From NCBI GenBank assembly GCA_027623195.1, contig JAQBUT010000020.1, positions 1 to 64,000 of the forward strand: DNA of 64,000 nt, written 5' to 3'. The position numbers and the translations under genes were made by a program. Positions within the stretch are counted from its first letter, which is position 1, and each line of letters starts with the position of its first letter. The notes under the pieces were generated by a model. That model saw only the letters and a list, made by a program, of their open reading frames with translations. It ran no database searches and had not been told where the DNA came from. Below, piece by piece: positions 62,917-64,000 of the stretch. This DNA comes from Chloroflexota bacterium. GTDB lineage: Bacteria; Chloroflexota; Dehalococcoidia; Lucifugimonadales; JADFKI01.

Positions 62917-64000
62917 TTGCCCGCAATAAAGATAGCAGTATGCATTAAGCAGGTCCCTGTGGTGTCCTTGCTCAAGTTCGACAACGAAAGCCGTAGAGTC
63001 GTTCGGGAGGGAGTGCCCAGCGAGGTTAACCCGTTTGATGTTCTCGCGCTTTCGCTGGCCGTGCAGCTAAAAGAGTCTGCATCCGCTGAGGTAGCGGTCT
63101 ACACAATGGGACCCCCGCAAGCCAGGGATGCGCTGGTGCAGGCGCTGGCCATGGGCGTGGACCGAGCGGTCCATTTAAACGACAGGGCCTTCGCAGGCTC
63201 CGACACACTCGCCACAGCGCGGGCGTTGGCCTTAGCGCTTCAAAAGGACAATTTCGATCTCATCATATGTGGCCTAAACAGCGTCGATGCTGAGACCGGC
63301 CAGGTGGGTCCTGAAATCGCTGAAATGATGGGCATTCCTCAGGTCACGGGGGTGCGTCAACTGCAGCTATCCGAAGGCTCCATGACGGCCCGGCGCATGA
63401 CCGAGGAGGGTTACGAGGTGGTGGAGTGCGCACTGCCAGCCCTCATTACTGTAACCGAGGAGGTAGCGCCGGAGATCTACCCCAGGCGGGAGGCCCGGGA
63501 GGCGGCGCTAAGCAAGCCCATCATCGAACTAACGGCTGCCGATCTCAGTGAAGATATGTCTGTTTTTGGGCTGGAGGGCTCTCCGACCTTCGTGAACGAA
63601 ATCTACTCCATCGAGCCAGACCGCGATCAGATCGTATCAAGTGACAAGCCCGTGCAAGAGTCGGTCGCCGATCTCATGGCTTACCTGGAAGGTCGGGGTG
63701 TCTTCGATGTCAACGCAGCTGCTGACGTTCAGGCAGGCACGGCCAGGGGGCCCCGTCGCGAAGTAGGGGAGGTTGGCGCAATATGGGTGGTTGCGGATAT
63801 GCTGGCTGGACAGGTCCGGTCCGTAACGCTGGAATTACTGGGTCGAGCCTCGGAGTGTGCCTCCCTTGTCGGAACCAGCGTTGAGGCCGTGCTCATTGGG
63901 CATGGGGTAGAATCGCATTGCGCCACCCTGACGGCCCACGGAGCCGATCGTATTCACCTGGCGGACGCCCCCATATTGGACCGGTACGACACAGACCTTT
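62917..64000 (+). CDS. Fused electron transfer flavoprotein beta-alpha (partial, runs off the window; not in ORF track)
   Basis: TTG start after GGAGG; KIAVCIKQVP, NPFD, MGPPQA, FAGSDTLAT, DAETGQVG, GSPT (beta), continuing without a stop into IWVVAD...TLELLG...HGAD (alpha). Confidence 0.9.
   Translation, partial: MPAIKIAVCIKQVPVVSLLKFDNESRRVVREGVPSEVNPFDVLALSLAVQLKESASAEVAVYTMGPPQARDALVQALAMGVDRAVHLNDRAFAGSDTLATARALALALQKDNFDLIICGLNSVDAETGQVGPEIAEMMGIPQVTGVRQLQLSEGSMTARRMTEEGYEVVECALPALITVTEEVAPEIYPRREAREAALSKPIIELTAADLSEDMSVFGLEGSPTFVNEIYSIEPDRDQIVSSDKPVQESVADLMAYLEGRGVFDVNAAADVQAGTARGPRREVGEVGAIWVVADMLAGQVRSVTLELLGRASECASLVGTSVEAVLIGHGVESHCATLTAHGADRIHLADAPILDRYDTDL

Overview
Chromosomal segment of a Chloroflexota bacterium, most like Dehalococcoidia/SAR202. 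This placement is inferred from gene content, the rpsL-rpsG-fusA-rpsJ order without tuf, and a GAAC-N4-GTTC LexA box. The centre (29.5-51.0 kb) is the str-S10-spc-alpha-truA-rplM-rpsI superoperon. It lacks tuf and infA, has long acidic or repetitive extensions on several ribosomal proteins, and has several unusually long, hairpin-rich spacers. A convergent hspR-grpE-dnaK operon follows; its promoter is mirror-symmetric and shared with a small zinc-ribbon gene. The flanks carry heterotrophic metabolism (acetoin-dehydrogenase-like E1a/E1b/E2, prpBC, acyl-CoA dehydrogenase, fused EtfB-EtfA, amidase, PQQ-type dehydrogenase), a heterodimeric ABC exporter, two ECF sigma/anti-sigma pairs, ruvB and a solitary, degenerate PrkA-like AAA+ protein. 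The left edge is an IS3-family end next to a SARP/BTAD regulatory module. The best-supported hidden feature is a selenoprotein: two ORFs of the track (11733-12164 and 11007-11711) form one DUF3179 gene read through an in-frame UGA (W-U-P-L-C), with a SECIS-like hairpin after the UGA and a pseudoknot-like leader. Four copies of a REP-like palindromic repeat are also present. Family assignments come from motif recognition by eye; no database search was run.
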